A DNA stretch of 64,000 nt. Origin: an uncultured Planctomycetales bacterium. Lineage in GTDB: Bacteria > Planctomycetota > UBA1135 > CAZZHK01. Shown piece by piece: positions 1 through 8,767 of this stretch. The first letter of the stretch is position 1; every line of letters starts with the position of its first letter. The DNA lies in contig CAZZHK010000013.1 in NCBI GenBank assembly GCA_964653725.1, positions 10,724 through 74,723 on the forward strand. Direction: 5' to 3'. Below the pieces are notes generated by a model. That model made no database searches and was not told where the DNA came from. It worked only from the letters and a program-made list of their open reading frames with translations. Position numbers and translations under genes: made by a program.

Positions 1-1
1 G

Positions 2-172
2 CCGCTGACGCACATGACGTGGTTCCGCGAGCGGTGGGGGACCGCGCCCGGCCAGTGCCCTGTCAGCGACGCGGCCGGGGCCACCGTCCTGTCCCTGCCT
101 ATCTATCCCGGTCTGACCGAGAGCGAGTCAGACCGCGTGGTCGCAGCGGTGCGGGGGTTCTTCGCGGCATGA
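2..172 (+). CDS. DegT/DnrJ/EryC1/StrS-family sugar aminotransferase, 3' fragment (gene starts upstream of window)
   Basis: Frame ending at TGA 170-172 reads ...LSLPIYPGLTESESDRVVAAVRGFFAA*, a typical C-terminal tail of DegT-family PLP aminotransferases. The stop overlaps the next start (ATGA). Not in the ORF track because it is truncated. Confidence 0.55.
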   Translation, partial: PLTHMTWFRERWGTAPGQCPVSDAAGATVLSLPIYPGLTESESDRVVAAVRGFFAA

Positions 173-1245
173 GCGTGGCAGGCACGAACATGTTCGAGGA
201 CCTGGTCGGCCGGAGCGAACAGCGCGCACCCGCGGCCGACATCGCCGAGGCAGTGCGCGGGCGGCGGGTGCTGGTGACGGGCGCCGGCGGCTCGATCGGG
301 TCCGAGGTGGTCCGGCTGGCGGTCGAGACCGGGGCGGAGCGGGTCTGGGCGGTGGACGCCTCGGAGGGCGCGCTGTTCGACCTTGGCCTCGACGGCCCGG
401 TGGAGCCGGCCTGCGTGAACATCCAGGACGGCCCGGCGCTGCGGGCCCTCATGCAGACCGCGTGGCCGCATCTGGTGGTCCACGCCGCCGCCTACAAGCA
501 CGTCGGCCTGATGGAGGCACAGCCCCGCGCGGCCTTCAAGAACAACGTGCTCGGCACGCTGTCCGTCGCGGAAGCGGCCAGCGCGGCGGGCGTGGCAGAC
601 CTGGTCCATGTGTCGACCGACAAGGCGCTCGACCCGGTCGGTGTCATGGGCGCGACCAAGCGCCTGGCGGAGCGTGTGGTGGCCGCCGTGGCGGGCAGCG
701 GCGGGCCGACCGCCTGCGTGTCGATCCGCCTCGGCAACGTCTTCGGCTCCAGCGGCAGCGTGGTGCCCGCCTTCGATGCGCAGATCGCGGCCGGCGGCCC
801 GCTGCTCCTGACCCATCCGGGCATGCAGCGATACTTCGTGACGGCGGGCGAGGCTGCCGACGCGGTGCTGCGGTGCGTGGTCCTGGCCGGCGCGGGAGAC
901 GTGTGCGAGGTCACGGCCGGCGAGCAGGTGTCGATCGCGGACCTGGCGGCGCGCATGATCCGCAGATCAGGCCGGGACGTGGAGATCGAGATCACGGGCC
1001 CGGCGGCCGGCGAGCGTCTGGTCGAGAGGTTCACGGGCGGGCCGGTCGCGCTGGCGGGCCCGCCGGCGCTGCACCTGGCCGCCCAGGACGGCCGCGACGC
1101 CGCGCTCCTGGAGTCGGTGCGGCTGCTCGGATCGATCTGCGACGGCGGCTCGGACGAGGCGGCCATGCGCCGCGAGCTGGCTTCCCTCGAGCCGGACTAC
1201 CGGCGGGTGCGCCAGGGAGTCCAGGAGGAGCCCACCGCCGGGTAG
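169..1245 (+). CDS. CapD/WbpM-type polysaccharide biosynthesis dehydratase/epimerase (short soluble form)
   Basis: ATG 169 (MSVAGTNMFEDL). Motifs VLVTGAGGSIGSE, AAAYKHVGLME and STDKALDPVGVMGATKRLAE fit Polysacc_synt_2/CapD. Bases 19-168 of the tracked ORF belong to the upstream gene region. Confidence 0.8.
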   Translation: MSVAGTNMFEDLVGRSEQRAPAADIAEAVRGRRVLVTGAGGSIGSEVVRLAVETGAERVWAVDASEGALFDLGLDGPVEPACVNIQDGPALRALMQTAWPHLVVHAAAYKHVGLMEAQPRAAFKNNVLGTLSVAEAASAAGVADLVHVSTDKALDPVGVMGATKRLAERVVAAVAGSGGPTACVSIRLGNVFGSSGSVVPAFDAQIAAGGPLLLTHPGMQRYFVTAGEAADAVLRCVVLAGAGDVCEVTAGEQVSIADLAARMIRRSGRDVEIEITGPAAGERLVERFTGGPVALAGPPALHLAAQDGRDAALLESVRLLGSICDGGSDEAAMRRELASLEPDYRRVRQGVQEEPTAG

Positions 1246-1841
1246 GCCGCGCCCCGCGCCAGACACAGAAGGTCGGTCCAGGGAGTGCGCGCACGCGCGT
1301 AAGCGCCCTCCAGCAGCAGCTTGCGCGGCAGGATGCGGCGCCGATAGACCGCCTCGGGGTCTTTTCTGCCGGCCAGCAGCCGGCCCTCGATCGCCGCGAA
1401 CCGGAGCGTCACGGGGCTGCACAGGCCCGGCCGCCGGGACAGGATCTCGAGCCACCGGGGATCGGCGGTGTCAACGAATGCCGGGTCCTCGGGGCGCGGC
1501 CCGACCAGTGCCATATCGCCCAGCAGCACGTTGGCCAGCTGCGGAAGCTCGTCCAGACGGGTGCGGCGCAGGAAACGACCCACCCGCGTCACGCGAGGGT
1601 CATCCGGCCCGCTTATCCTCGGCCCGCCGACCGGTGCCATGGTGCGCAGTTTCCAAAGCGTGAACTGCCTCCCCGCGATCCCCGTCCGCCGCGCACGAAA
1701 GAAGGCCGGCCGTCCGTCGAATACCACTATCAGCAGCGCGCCGAGGGCAACCGCAGGCACCCACAACGGCGCACACAGCAGCACGCAAACCCCATCCGCC
1801 ACGCGCCCGGCTGTCCTGACGGGGCCCATGCCTACAGCCAT
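1197..1841 (-). CDS. Undecaprenyl-phosphate sugar-phosphate transferase (PglC/WbaP C-terminal type 'bacterial sugar transferase')
   Basis: Motifs GRPAFFRARRTGIAGRQFTLWKLRTM...DPRVTRVGRFLRRTRLDELPQLANVLLGDMALVGPRP. Start set at the internal Met (MAVGMGPV...), giving one N-terminal hydrophobic helix and about 214 aa, typical of small PglC-like enzymes. Overlaps the upstream gene stop by 10 nt. Confidence 0.85.
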   Translation of the reverse strand: MAVGMGPVRTAGRVADGVCVLLCAPLWVPAVALGALLIVVFDGRPAFFRARRTGIAGRQFTLWKLRTMAPVGGPRISGPDDPRVTRVGRFLRRTRLDELPQLANVLLGDMALVGPRPEDPAFVDTADPRWLEILSRRPGLCSPVTLRFAAIEGRLLAGRKDPEAVYRRRILPRKLLLEGAYARARTPWTDLLCLARGAAYPAVGSSWTPWRTRR

Positions 1842-2632
1842 CCGGCAGCAGCGCGGATTTCTTCCGCGACGGCCTCCGCGATCATGTGGTGTCCCTTGGC
1901 GTTGGAATGAGGATCCTCCGGCAACAGCCGCAGGTCGTTCACGCGAAAGCCGCGTCGATCTTCGGCCAGGGCCAGCGGCTCGACGACTTGCCACCCCAGT
2001 TCGCGCGCAAGGCCTTGCACGAATGGGTGGGGCGGGCTGAGCGAGTAGGTCAGCACCACCGGAATTCCCCTGTCCGTGCATGCCTGGTTCAACCGCCGAT
2101 ACTCAGCGGCCACGCCCTGCTCCCCGACCATGCGGCGATACCTGGACGGCACCTGGTCTGGATTGGGCCAGTGGACCGTTTGGCCATCAGGGGTCTTCTC
2201 CTTTTTCGCCATGACAGGCCTGCTGGCAGATGGATGCAGGAGAGCATCGCCAGGGCGCAGCAGGACGTCCCACAGATAGGAGCGGTCGACGGCCCAGACG
2301 TCCGGCGTGGGGTAGATGAAATTGGGCAGGTCGGCGTCGTTGGCAACCCACTGCATGACCACCACGTCGGGGTCGATGGCCTCCATTCGGGAGACCAGGC
2401 TCTCCACCTCCATCCAGGAGTTGCAGCCGGGGACCGCGAGATTCAAGGCCCGAACCGGACGCCGCGTCTTCCGGGCGACGAGGCCGGCTGCCAATTGCGG
2501 GAAGGACGCCTCTTCTGTCACACCCCATCGCCGATAGCGGTGAGCGACAGTGACCCGGGCCATTCCCTCGCCCAGGAGCAGGGCCACAGCAGTCCCGCAA
2601 AAAATGAGGGACCCACGCCGCGCGAACGACAT
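1832..2632 (-). CDS. SGNH/GDSL-like hydrolase (putative esterase/acetyl-modifying enzyme)
   Basis: N-terminal hydrophobic segment and a C-terminal EDPHSNAKGHHMIAEAV resembling the SGNH block V (DxxH). Lies in an operon with the sugar transferase. The assignment is motif-level only. Confidence 0.5.
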   Translation of the reverse strand: MSFARRGSLIFCGTAVALLLGEGMARVTVAHRYRRWGVTEEASFPQLAAGLVARKTRRPVRALNLAVPGCNSWMEVESLVSRMEAIDPDVVVMQWVANDADLPNFIYPTPDVWAVDRSYLWDVLLRPGDALLHPSASRPVMAKKEKTPDGQTVHWPNPDQVPSRYRRMVGEQGVAAEYRRLNQACTDRGIPVVLTYSLSPPHPFVQGLARELGWQVVEPLALAEDRRGFRVNDLRLLPEDPHSNAKGHHMIAEAVAEEIRAAAGWL

Positions 2633-2663
2633 GGGTCCCAGGGTAGCGGACGGGGGGTGGCGT

Positions 2664-2999
2664 CTAGTCGGACGTGCGACGCACGGTGCCCCGCAGGGAG
2701 GAGCGCCGGAAGCGGGGCTTCGGCGCCGGCTGCGGGTCGACGAAGGACGCCATCACGCTGACATCCTCCGCTTCTGCCTGAGCGGAAGCGGCGGCCACGT
2801 GCGGCATCTCGGTGAACGCCGTGGCGGGGACGGCCTCGCCGTCGACCGGGCCGTTCCATGCCCACAGTTCGGGCATGCGCGACTCGAAGGAGGGCATGTA
2901 GACCGGATCGCCGAAGACGTCCGTGGAGGGGAGCGCGGTGCAGCCGCCGGCGAGGGCGACGCTGATCGCGACGAGAAGGGTGCTGCGGATTCGAGACAT
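2664..2999 (-). CDS. Small lipoprotein, unknown function
   Basis: MSRIRSTLLVAISVALAGGC lipobox signal peptide. AAGAGG Shine-Dalgarno sequence a few nt upstream of ATG 2999. The tracked ORF (to 3299) is over-extended. Confidence 0.55.
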   Translation of the reverse strand: MSRIRSTLLVAISVALAGGCTALPSTDVFGDPVYMPSFESRMPELWAWNGPVDGEAVPATAFTEMPHVAAASAQAEAEDVSVMASFVDPQPAPKPRFRRSSLRGTVRRTSD

Positions 3000-3151
3000 G
3001 CTTGGTTTACCTCTTTCTGATTTCAGGAAGCGCAAAGGAGCGTGACCGACACGATCCAGGCGATGGCCCACAGGTTGCGCGTCCTCATGGGGAACTCCTC
3101 GGCAGGCGGCGAGCGGCAACTTGAGGCCCATTTCGGGCGGTTTTTCCACGC

Positions 3152-4465
3152 GTGGGGGCTGCTCGCTACCATTCGCACTTGGCCACCGAGCCCGGGCACC
3201 GGTTTGCGCGCACACTGGCGCGCCTCCTTCCGCAATGGCAGGAGGAGGGTCTGGTGACCCCGGAAGCGGCGGAGACGCTGGCGGAACGCTTTCGCGCACG
3301 GGGCGACGGCAGCCGGTCGCTGGTGGCGATCATCCAGCTGATCGGCGCGACGCTGATCTCGCTCGGCGTCATCAGTTTCGTCTCCTACAACTGGGATGCG
3401 CTGGGCCGCTGGTCAAAGGTGGTCATGCTGTTTGGCTTGATGCTGGCCTGCCACGGGGCCGGCTGGCACCTATGGCTGCGGACCGGGAGGCGGCCGGGAC
3501 TGGGCCACGCGCTGGTCTTCCTGGGGACCGGCGTGTTCGGCGCCAGCATCGGGCTGCTGGCCCAGATCTTCCACATCTCCGGCGAACCGTTCCGCGCGGT
3601 CGGCGCGTGGGCCTCCGGTGCGCTGGCTGTCGGCTACGCGGTCCGCAGCGCTCCCCACGCCCTGCTGGCGATGGGTGCGGCGCTGGTGGCCTTCCTGATG
3701 TGGGGCGACAGCTACCGCGCAGGCAGCGCGGTCTTTCCGCTGCTGGCCACGCTGGCGTTCTTGCCTCTGGTGCGGCGGCTGACCGATCCGCTGACGCCCT
3801 GGGCGCTGGCGGTCTTCTTCCTGTGGACGACGCTGGTCAACATGGAAGTGGCAGGCGCCGACGACCGCGAGATGATCGCGACGGCGGCGGGGCTGGGGCT
3901 GGGAGGTTGGGGGTGGTCCCAGTGGGTAGGCACGGAGCGCTTCGGCGGGGTGGGGGGCCGGGCTGGACTGATCACGCTGGTCGTCGTCGGCACCATGCTC
4001 GGCTTCAAGGATATGGCCGACAACATGGCCACCAGCAAGTCGACAGGGTCGCTCTGGGCCTTCGACATGGTGGTGGTGTCGGTAATCACGACGCTCGGGC
4101 TTGTCCGGGCTTTTGGCAGCGGCGGCTGTCCGCGCGGCCCGCATCCTGCGTGGCTGGTGCCTGTGGCGGGCGGCCTGCTGGTGGTGGCGGCCTATCTGCC
4201 GGGCGGATGGGTGCCCGTGTCCGTGGCGGCCACCGGCGCGGTGGCCCTGCTGGGGGCCGGGCTCCTGCGCGACGGGTCGCGCACCGGGGACCGCGGCACG
4301 TTCTGGGCGGGGCTGATGGTCCTGGTCCTGACCATTACCTGCCGCTTCATCGAGCACGAGACCGGCCTGCTGCTGAAATCGGGCGTGTTCACCGGGCTCG
4401 GGGTCGCCGTGCTGGTGCTGGGGGCGCGGTTCGAGAAGCGCCTAGTGGCGGGGGGCGCGGCATGA
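3152..4465 (+). CDS. DUF2157-type polytopic membrane protein
   Basis: N-terminal soluble segment LLPQWQEEGLVTPEAAETLAERF followed by many hydrophobic helices. Stop overlaps the next ATG (ATGA). The start is uncertain (GTG 3152 or TTG 3179). Confidence 0.7.
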   Translation: MGAARYHSHLATEPGHRFARTLARLLPQWQEEGLVTPEAAETLAERFRARGDGSRSLVAIIQLIGATLISLGVISFVSYNWDALGRWSKVVMLFGLMLACHGAGWHLWLRTGRRPGLGHALVFLGTGVFGASIGLLAQIFHISGEPFRAVGAWASGALAVGYAVRSAPHALLAMGAALVAFLMWGDSYRAGSAVFPLLATLAFLPLVRRLTDPLTPWALAVFFLWTTLVNMEVAGADDREMIATAAGLGLGGWGWSQWVGTERFGGVGGRAGLITLVVVGTMLGFKDMADNMATSKSTGSLWAFDMVVVSVITTLGLVRAFGSGGCPRGPHPAWLVPVAGGLLVVAAYLPGGWVPVSVAATGAVALLGAGLLRDGSRTGDRGTFWAGLMVLVLTITCRFIEHETGLLLKSGVFTGLGVAVLVLGARFEKRLVAGGAA

Positions 4466-4992
4466 GGTCGCGCTGGTTCCTGGCGGCGATCTCCCTGCAG
4501 GTGGCCATCCTCGTGGCAGCGCCCGCTCAGCGAATGGTCACCATCGCCACCGGCCGGGTGGTGTCATTGAAGCTGGCGCCGGTGGACCCCTACGACCTGC
4601 TCAGCGGCTGGTACATGGCGCTTCGATTCGACGTGTCGCGGCCCGATGAACTCGACGGCTGGAGCACTCTGGAGGAGCGCGAGAGGATCTGGGTGGAACT
4701 TCTCGTGCCGGAATCCGGCGTCGCGACGGCCGTGGCCCTGCACACCTCGATGCCCGAGGCGGTGAGGGAGGACCGTGCGCTGATCCGCGGTTGGCTGCAC
4801 GGCAGGGCCCAGGCGGACTGGAGCCGCCTGATCTTCGGGATTGAGCGGTTCTACCTGCCGGAAACGACCCGAACAGACGTAGAAAATGCTCTCCTCGAAC
4901 ACCTAGAACAGGCCGTTGCCGACGTCGCTCTCGACAGCAACGGCCATCCCGCGATCCTGCGGCTGCGCGCAGGGGATCAGGTCTTCAGGTAG
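4462..4992 (+). CDS. GDYXXLXY domain-containing protein
   Basis: Signal/anchor MRSRWFLAAISLQVAILVAA, motif DPYDLLSGWYMALRF (GDYXXLXY-like). This is the usual partner of DUF2157 genes. It is the tail of tracked ORF 3121-4992. Confidence 0.7.
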   Translation: MRSRWFLAAISLQVAILVAAPAQRMVTIATGRVVSLKLAPVDPYDLLSGWYMALRFDVSRPDELDGWSTLEERERIWVELLVPESGVATAVALHTSMPEAVREDRALIRGWLHGRAQADWSRLIFGIERFYLPETTRTDVENALLEHLEQAVADVALDSNGHPAILRLRAGDQVFR

Positions 4993-4994
4993 GA

Positions 4995-5963
4995 CTAGGG
5001 CTCGATTTCGATCTTGGCTTCATCGGTCCAGATCGGTGCGCCGGTGCCGGAGTCGAAGGTCACCGCCGACGCCCACACGGGCAGGTCCGCGCCGAGCCAC
5101 ACGGACTCAAAGCCCAGGAAGTCGATGCTGGCGGTTGCTTGCCCGCCGCCATCCATCACACCGAACGTGTCGATGAAGGGAGCAACGTTGGCAAATTCGA
5201 TGGCGATGAAGGTGAACGGATCCACGATCACCGGCAGGACAGGGTCGGCCGTCGCGCCCGTGATGCTCATGAGCAGCAGGTACATCTGGCCGGCAGCGCA
5301 CGGTGCCGTGAGATCGAAACTGACCGATTCACCGGCACTGATGGACGTGCCGAACTGCGAGTAGGAGTTCCGTGTGGGGCAGGTGGAAGTACCCGGCGAG
5401 GGCCACCCCTGCCAAGCAAAGTCCGTTGAGTTGTCGCCGGTGTCGAGGCCGGCGGGCCAGCGCTCCAGCGAATAGCCGCTGTAGACGTCGTCGCACGGTG
5501 TGCCCTCGTACATGGGGTCGCCGTTCGCGTCGAGGGCGCAGTTAATGGTGCCGTAGGCCATCGAGTCGATGACGACCCCGTCAGCCTGGAGCAACTGGAA
5601 CCCATCCCCGCCATTCTCAGCATCCATGTCCGTATCGGTGAAGTCGGCGTTGGCCACATCGGTCACACCGCCGTTGGTGTCGGCCACCACGACGAAACCG
5701 TCGGCCGGGATCAGGGCCCCGAACGGGAAGGTGAAACTCTCGCTGTTGGGCAGCCCGCAGGAGGAGGTGTTGCCTTCCGTCGCGCGGATCGTCATGTCGC
5801 CGATGTTCCAGCCGGGAGGACCGTAAAGCTCGACGAAGACCTTGCCGTTGTCCGAGCCGCTGCCTCCGAGCGGATCTCCGTAGTCGTAATAGACCTCGTT
5901 GATGACGACCTGCGCACCCACCGTGGCGGTGAGGACGATCGAGGCAAGAATGGCTCGCAGCAT
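4995..5963 (-). CDS. Secreted lamin-tail-domain (LTD) protein
   Basis: Signal peptide MLRAILASIVLTATVGAQ. Then VVINEVYYD...GKVFVELYGPPG...ADGFVVVAD...FQLLQADGVVIDSMAYG, typical of LTD (PF00932). Confidence 0.7.
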   Translation of the reverse strand: MLRAILASIVLTATVGAQVVINEVYYDYGDPLGGSGSDNGKVFVELYGPPGWNIGDMTIRATEGNTSSCGLPNSESFTFPFGALIPADGFVVVADTNGGVTDVANADFTDTDMDAENGGDGFQLLQADGVVIDSMAYGTINCALDANGDPMYEGTPCDDVYSGYSLERWPAGLDTGDNSTDFAWQGWPSPGTSTCPTRNSYSQFGTSISAGESVSFDLTAPCAAGQMYLLLMSITGATADPVLPVIVDPFTFIAIEFANVAPFIDTFGVMDGGGQATASIDFLGFESVWLGADLPVWASAVTFDSGTGAPIWTDEAKIEIEP

Positions 5964-6153
5964 AGGGACTCTCCTGAAGTTGAAGACCCGGGGCCGGCGG
6001 TATTCGCATCCCGTCCGTGCCCCGTGTCTGCAACGTTACCCCGGTTGCAATGTCCTGGCAAGGCCATTGGAAATAGGTCGTGCGGAGGCAAGATCGAATG
6101 TGAGCCATCGCCGCCCCCTTGCGGAGCGGTGGGCATGCGCGCTACCCCATGGT

Positions 6154-7287
6154 ATGGACCGACCGCCCGTGCGCCCTCCCGTGTTCGTGGACACCGACGA
6201 GGGAGTTGCGCGGATGCTGGTCGCCCTTGAGCATTGCCCGGTGGTGGGGCTCGATTTCGAGATGGACTCGTTCTGGTCCTACACGGGCAAGATCTGCCTG
6301 GTGCAGGTGTCTGACGGCGAGTGCGAGTGGATCGTGGATCCGCTGGCGGTCGATCCGCTGCCGCTCGGCGCCGTGTGCGCCGATGCGGACCGGGTGAAGG
6401 TGCTCCACGACGGCGAATACGACATTCGCACCGCGAGGCGCGAGTGGGACTTCACGTTCCGCGGCGTGTTCGATTCGCGCGCCGCGGTGGCGGTCCTGGG
6501 CAGCGACAGCCCGGGCCTGCGCTCGGTCCTCGAGGAGCGCTTCAACGTCCACGTGGACAAGAAGTTCCAGCGCGCCGACTGGACCAAGCGGCCGCTGAAG
6601 GACGGGATGATCGACTACGCGCAGCTGGACGTGGCCTACCTGATCCCGCTGCACGCGATGCTGGTGCGCGATCTGGAGGAGAAGGGTCGGACCGAGATCC
6701 TCGAGACCGAGCACCGGCGCCTCGAAGCGCTGGAGCCGGCCGCCGATCCGTTCCCGGTCGAGTCCTACGGGCGCATCAAGGGGGCCGCGGCGCTGGACGG
6801 GCGCGGGCGCCGTCGTCTCTACGAGGTCTACAAGGCGCGCAACGCGGTGGCGGAGGCCGCCGACCGCGCGCCATTCCGGGTCATGGGCGACCAGGCCCTG
6901 CTGGAACTGGCCAAGAACCCGCCGCAGTCGGTGAAGGAGATGGCGGGCCGCAAGGGCATCGGCTGGAAGGCTGCGCGCCGGCTGGGCGACCAATTGATGG
7001 CGGCGCTGCGCGGTGCCGCCGACAAGGACCCCATCGACCGCAACCCTGGCCGCAAGCGCGGGCCCAACCTGCGCGGCAAGGACATGGACCGCTACGAGCG
7101 GATCCGCAAGTGGCGCACCAAGCGCGCCCGGCGCGAGGGCTACGACGGCGCGCTGCTGCTGCGCCGCGAGGCCATGGAGTCCCTCGCCGCCGATCCGCCC
7201 GCTGACCTCGACGCCCTCTCGGGGCGCCTCGATCCCTGGCAGATCGAAGCCTTTGGCGCCGACCTCCTCGAAACCCTCACCCACTAG
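6154..7287 (+). CDS. rnd: Ribonuclease D (DEDD 3'-5' exoribonuclease with HRDC domain)
   Basis: VGLDFEMDS, CLVQVS, VLHDGEYDI and DYAQLDVAYL exo motifs, with an HRDC-like C-terminal half. Start set at MDRPPV (377 aa); the tracked ORF start at 5899 overlaps the LTD gene. Confidence 0.85.
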   Translation: MDRPPVRPPVFVDTDEGVARMLVALEHCPVVGLDFEMDSFWSYTGKICLVQVSDGECEWIVDPLAVDPLPLGAVCADADRVKVLHDGEYDIRTARREWDFTFRGVFDSRAAVAVLGSDSPGLRSVLEERFNVHVDKKFQRADWTKRPLKDGMIDYAQLDVAYLIPLHAMLVRDLEEKGRTEILETEHRRLEALEPAADPFPVESYGRIKGAAALDGRGRRRLYEVYKARNAVAEAADRAPFRVMGDQALLELAKNPPQSVKEMAGRKGIGWKAARRLGDQLMAALRGAADKDPIDRNPGRKRGPNLRGKDMDRYERIRKWRTKRARREGYDGALLLRREAMESLAADPPADLDALSGRLDPWQIEAFGADLLETLTH

Positions 7288-7793
7288 ACTCCGCGCGCCA
7301 ACCCCCGTGTTTGTGCCCGAAAAGGTCCTCAAAAGGGCCGATTCAGGGCCGCAAATACCCCTAAGCCCGCGAGTCGTGCAGAGGCCCTCGGATCCAAGCG
7401 TCCGCACCCAGGACGTGGTCGACCAACGCGGGCGCACACGACCTCTCCAACGACACCGAGATCCACCCCCCGCCCCCCGGCGCACTGCCCGTTTGGCCCC
7501 CGAAATTCGGCTCCCCGCTGTAGGGGGGCGGCACAAGGAGACCTGCTATGCTTAGCGCAAGGACTAGGAACCTCGCGTGACCGCACGGTCCAGGGGGCGG
7601 CAAATCCAACCCAGAGGAGACGAGATGGTGAGCGCAGTTATTGTTGTGGGCTCGTTATCATGACGGCATGTCCGAGCCGTGGTACTACGGGGACTACGCC
7701 GTTTCGATCGGGCTCGTTGCGGCGCTCGTGTGGTGGATCCAATCGCTGATGGCCGGATGCCTTTGACCTGTTTGTCAGCTTCCGGAAGCAGTC

Positions 7794-8411
7794 ATGCGTG
7801 GAGCAGGCTGTTACGTGAGTGAAGGCGTGTTGGATGAAAAATTCAGGGAGGCGCTGGGATTTGCGGCGGAGGTGCATGGTGGGGATCTGAGGAAGGGGAC
7901 GGAGATCCCCTATGTGTCGCACCTGCTGAGTGTTTGTGCGCTGGTGCTGGAGGATGGTGGCGACGAGGAGGAGGCGATCGCGGCACTGCTGCACGACACG
8001 CTGGAAGACCATCCTGAGGAAGTGAAGCGGGAGGATCTTGTGGAGCGGTTCGGGGCGCGCGTCGCGGACCTGGTGGAGGCGTGCTCGGATACACCGGCAG
8101 ATTTCGAGGGTGGGGAAAAGCCTCCCTGGGCCGAACGCAAGGCGGCCTATGTGGAGCAGATCCGGAGCGAGGGCTACCCGCTGAGCCGGGTGGCGCTGGC
8201 GGACAAGCTTCACAACACACGCTGCATGGTGATGGATCACCGGCGTGAGGGAGATGCGATCTGGGAGCGGTTCAACGCGCCGAGGTCGGACCAGATCCGG
8301 CTCTTCCGCTCGCTGGTGGATGCGTTCCGCGACGGCGGCGCGCCGGCGCACCTGGTGGACGAGTTCGAATCCCTGGTCGACGAGTTGGACGGATGCTTGG
8401 CTGGCACATAA
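7794..8411 (+). CDS. Small HD-domain hydrolase, RelA/SpoT (Mesh1/SAH-like) family
   Basis: FREALGFAAEVHGGDLRKGTEIPYVSHLLSVCALV...AALLHDTLEDH...FGARVADLVEACSD matches the (p)ppGpp-hydrolase HD fold. About 205 aa with no synthetase domain. Confidence 0.7.
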   Translation: MRGAGCYVSEGVLDEKFREALGFAAEVHGGDLRKGTEIPYVSHLLSVCALVLEDGGDEEEAIAALLHDTLEDHPEEVKREDLVERFGARVADLVEACSDTPADFEGGEKPPWAERKAAYVEQIRSEGYPLSRVALADKLHNTRCMVMDHRREGDAIWERFNAPRSDQIRLFRSLVDAFRDGGAPAHLVDEFESLVDELDGCLAGT

Positions 8412-8767
8412 GCGTCTACCGGCAGGCGGACGGCGGCGCGGAGCCGGCGGCGCAGGAATCGCCGGTGGGCGACCGCATCGCCGTCTGGCAGACGGGGATC
8501 GGCGGGCTGGACTGGCTCGATTCGCTCGTGGAGACCGGCGACGTGATCCAGATCCAGGATCCTGGCTACCCCGGCCGTTACACGGCGCAGGCCCAGCACC
8601 TCCTGCAGCGGATCAAGAGGCCGCCGGGGGCCAACAAGGTGTGGAGCAGCGGACCCCACGACATCCTGACGGACAAGTGGGAGGGGAAGACGGTGTGCGA
8701 CAAGTCCGTCGCCGAGGCATGCAGCCCCGACGAGTGGCTCATCGTCGAGGCCTGGGACGAGAGCTAG
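8393..8767 (+). CDS. Hypothetical protein (124 aa)
   Basis: Protein-like composition (W, K, D, E, I present). Overlaps the HD gene by 19 nt. I recognise no family. Confidence 0.45.
   Translation: MLGWHISVYRQADGGAEPAAQESPVGDRIAVWQTGIGGLDWLDSLVETGDVIQIQDPGYPGRYTAQAQHLLQRIKRPPGANKVWSSGPHDILTDKWEGKTVCDKSVAEACSPDEWLIVEAWDES

Noticed and set aside
1197-1245. 49-bp 3'-end overlap of the convergent CapD-like and sugar-transferase genes, and CTAG shared-stop overlaps at 8764-8767 and 42447-42450, as possible antisense regulation.
   Set aside because: Short convergent overlaps are common in compact GC-rich genomes, where stop codons are rare. There is no further evidence of function.
6029-6075. Inverted repeat TGCAAC-N9-GTTGCA and a TGGCA-N6-TTGGA sigma54-like string in the LTD/rnd divergent region.
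   Set aside because: The -12 element lacks the conserved GC (GG-N10-GG instead of GG-N10-GC). The inverted repeat has 6-bp arms only, so a chance occurrence is plausible.
7778-7789. Perfect 12-bp palindrome GCTTCCGGAAGC four nt upstream of the HD gene ATG, as a possible operator.
   Set aside because: It is a single short palindrome overlapping the expected ribosome-binding region, with no second copy in the window. It is too weak to call a regulatory site.
7288-7793. Possible structured ncRNA (tmRNA, RNase P RNA, SRP RNA, 6S, retron msr/msd) in the 500-bp gap.
   Set aside because: I could not find any hallmark: no tmRNA tag or acceptor-like ends, no RNase P GGAAAGTCCGG-type box, no SRP domain-IV GGAA/AGCA symmetric loop context, and no adjacent reverse transcriptase. 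Only a covariance-model scan (Rfam/Infernal) could settle it.
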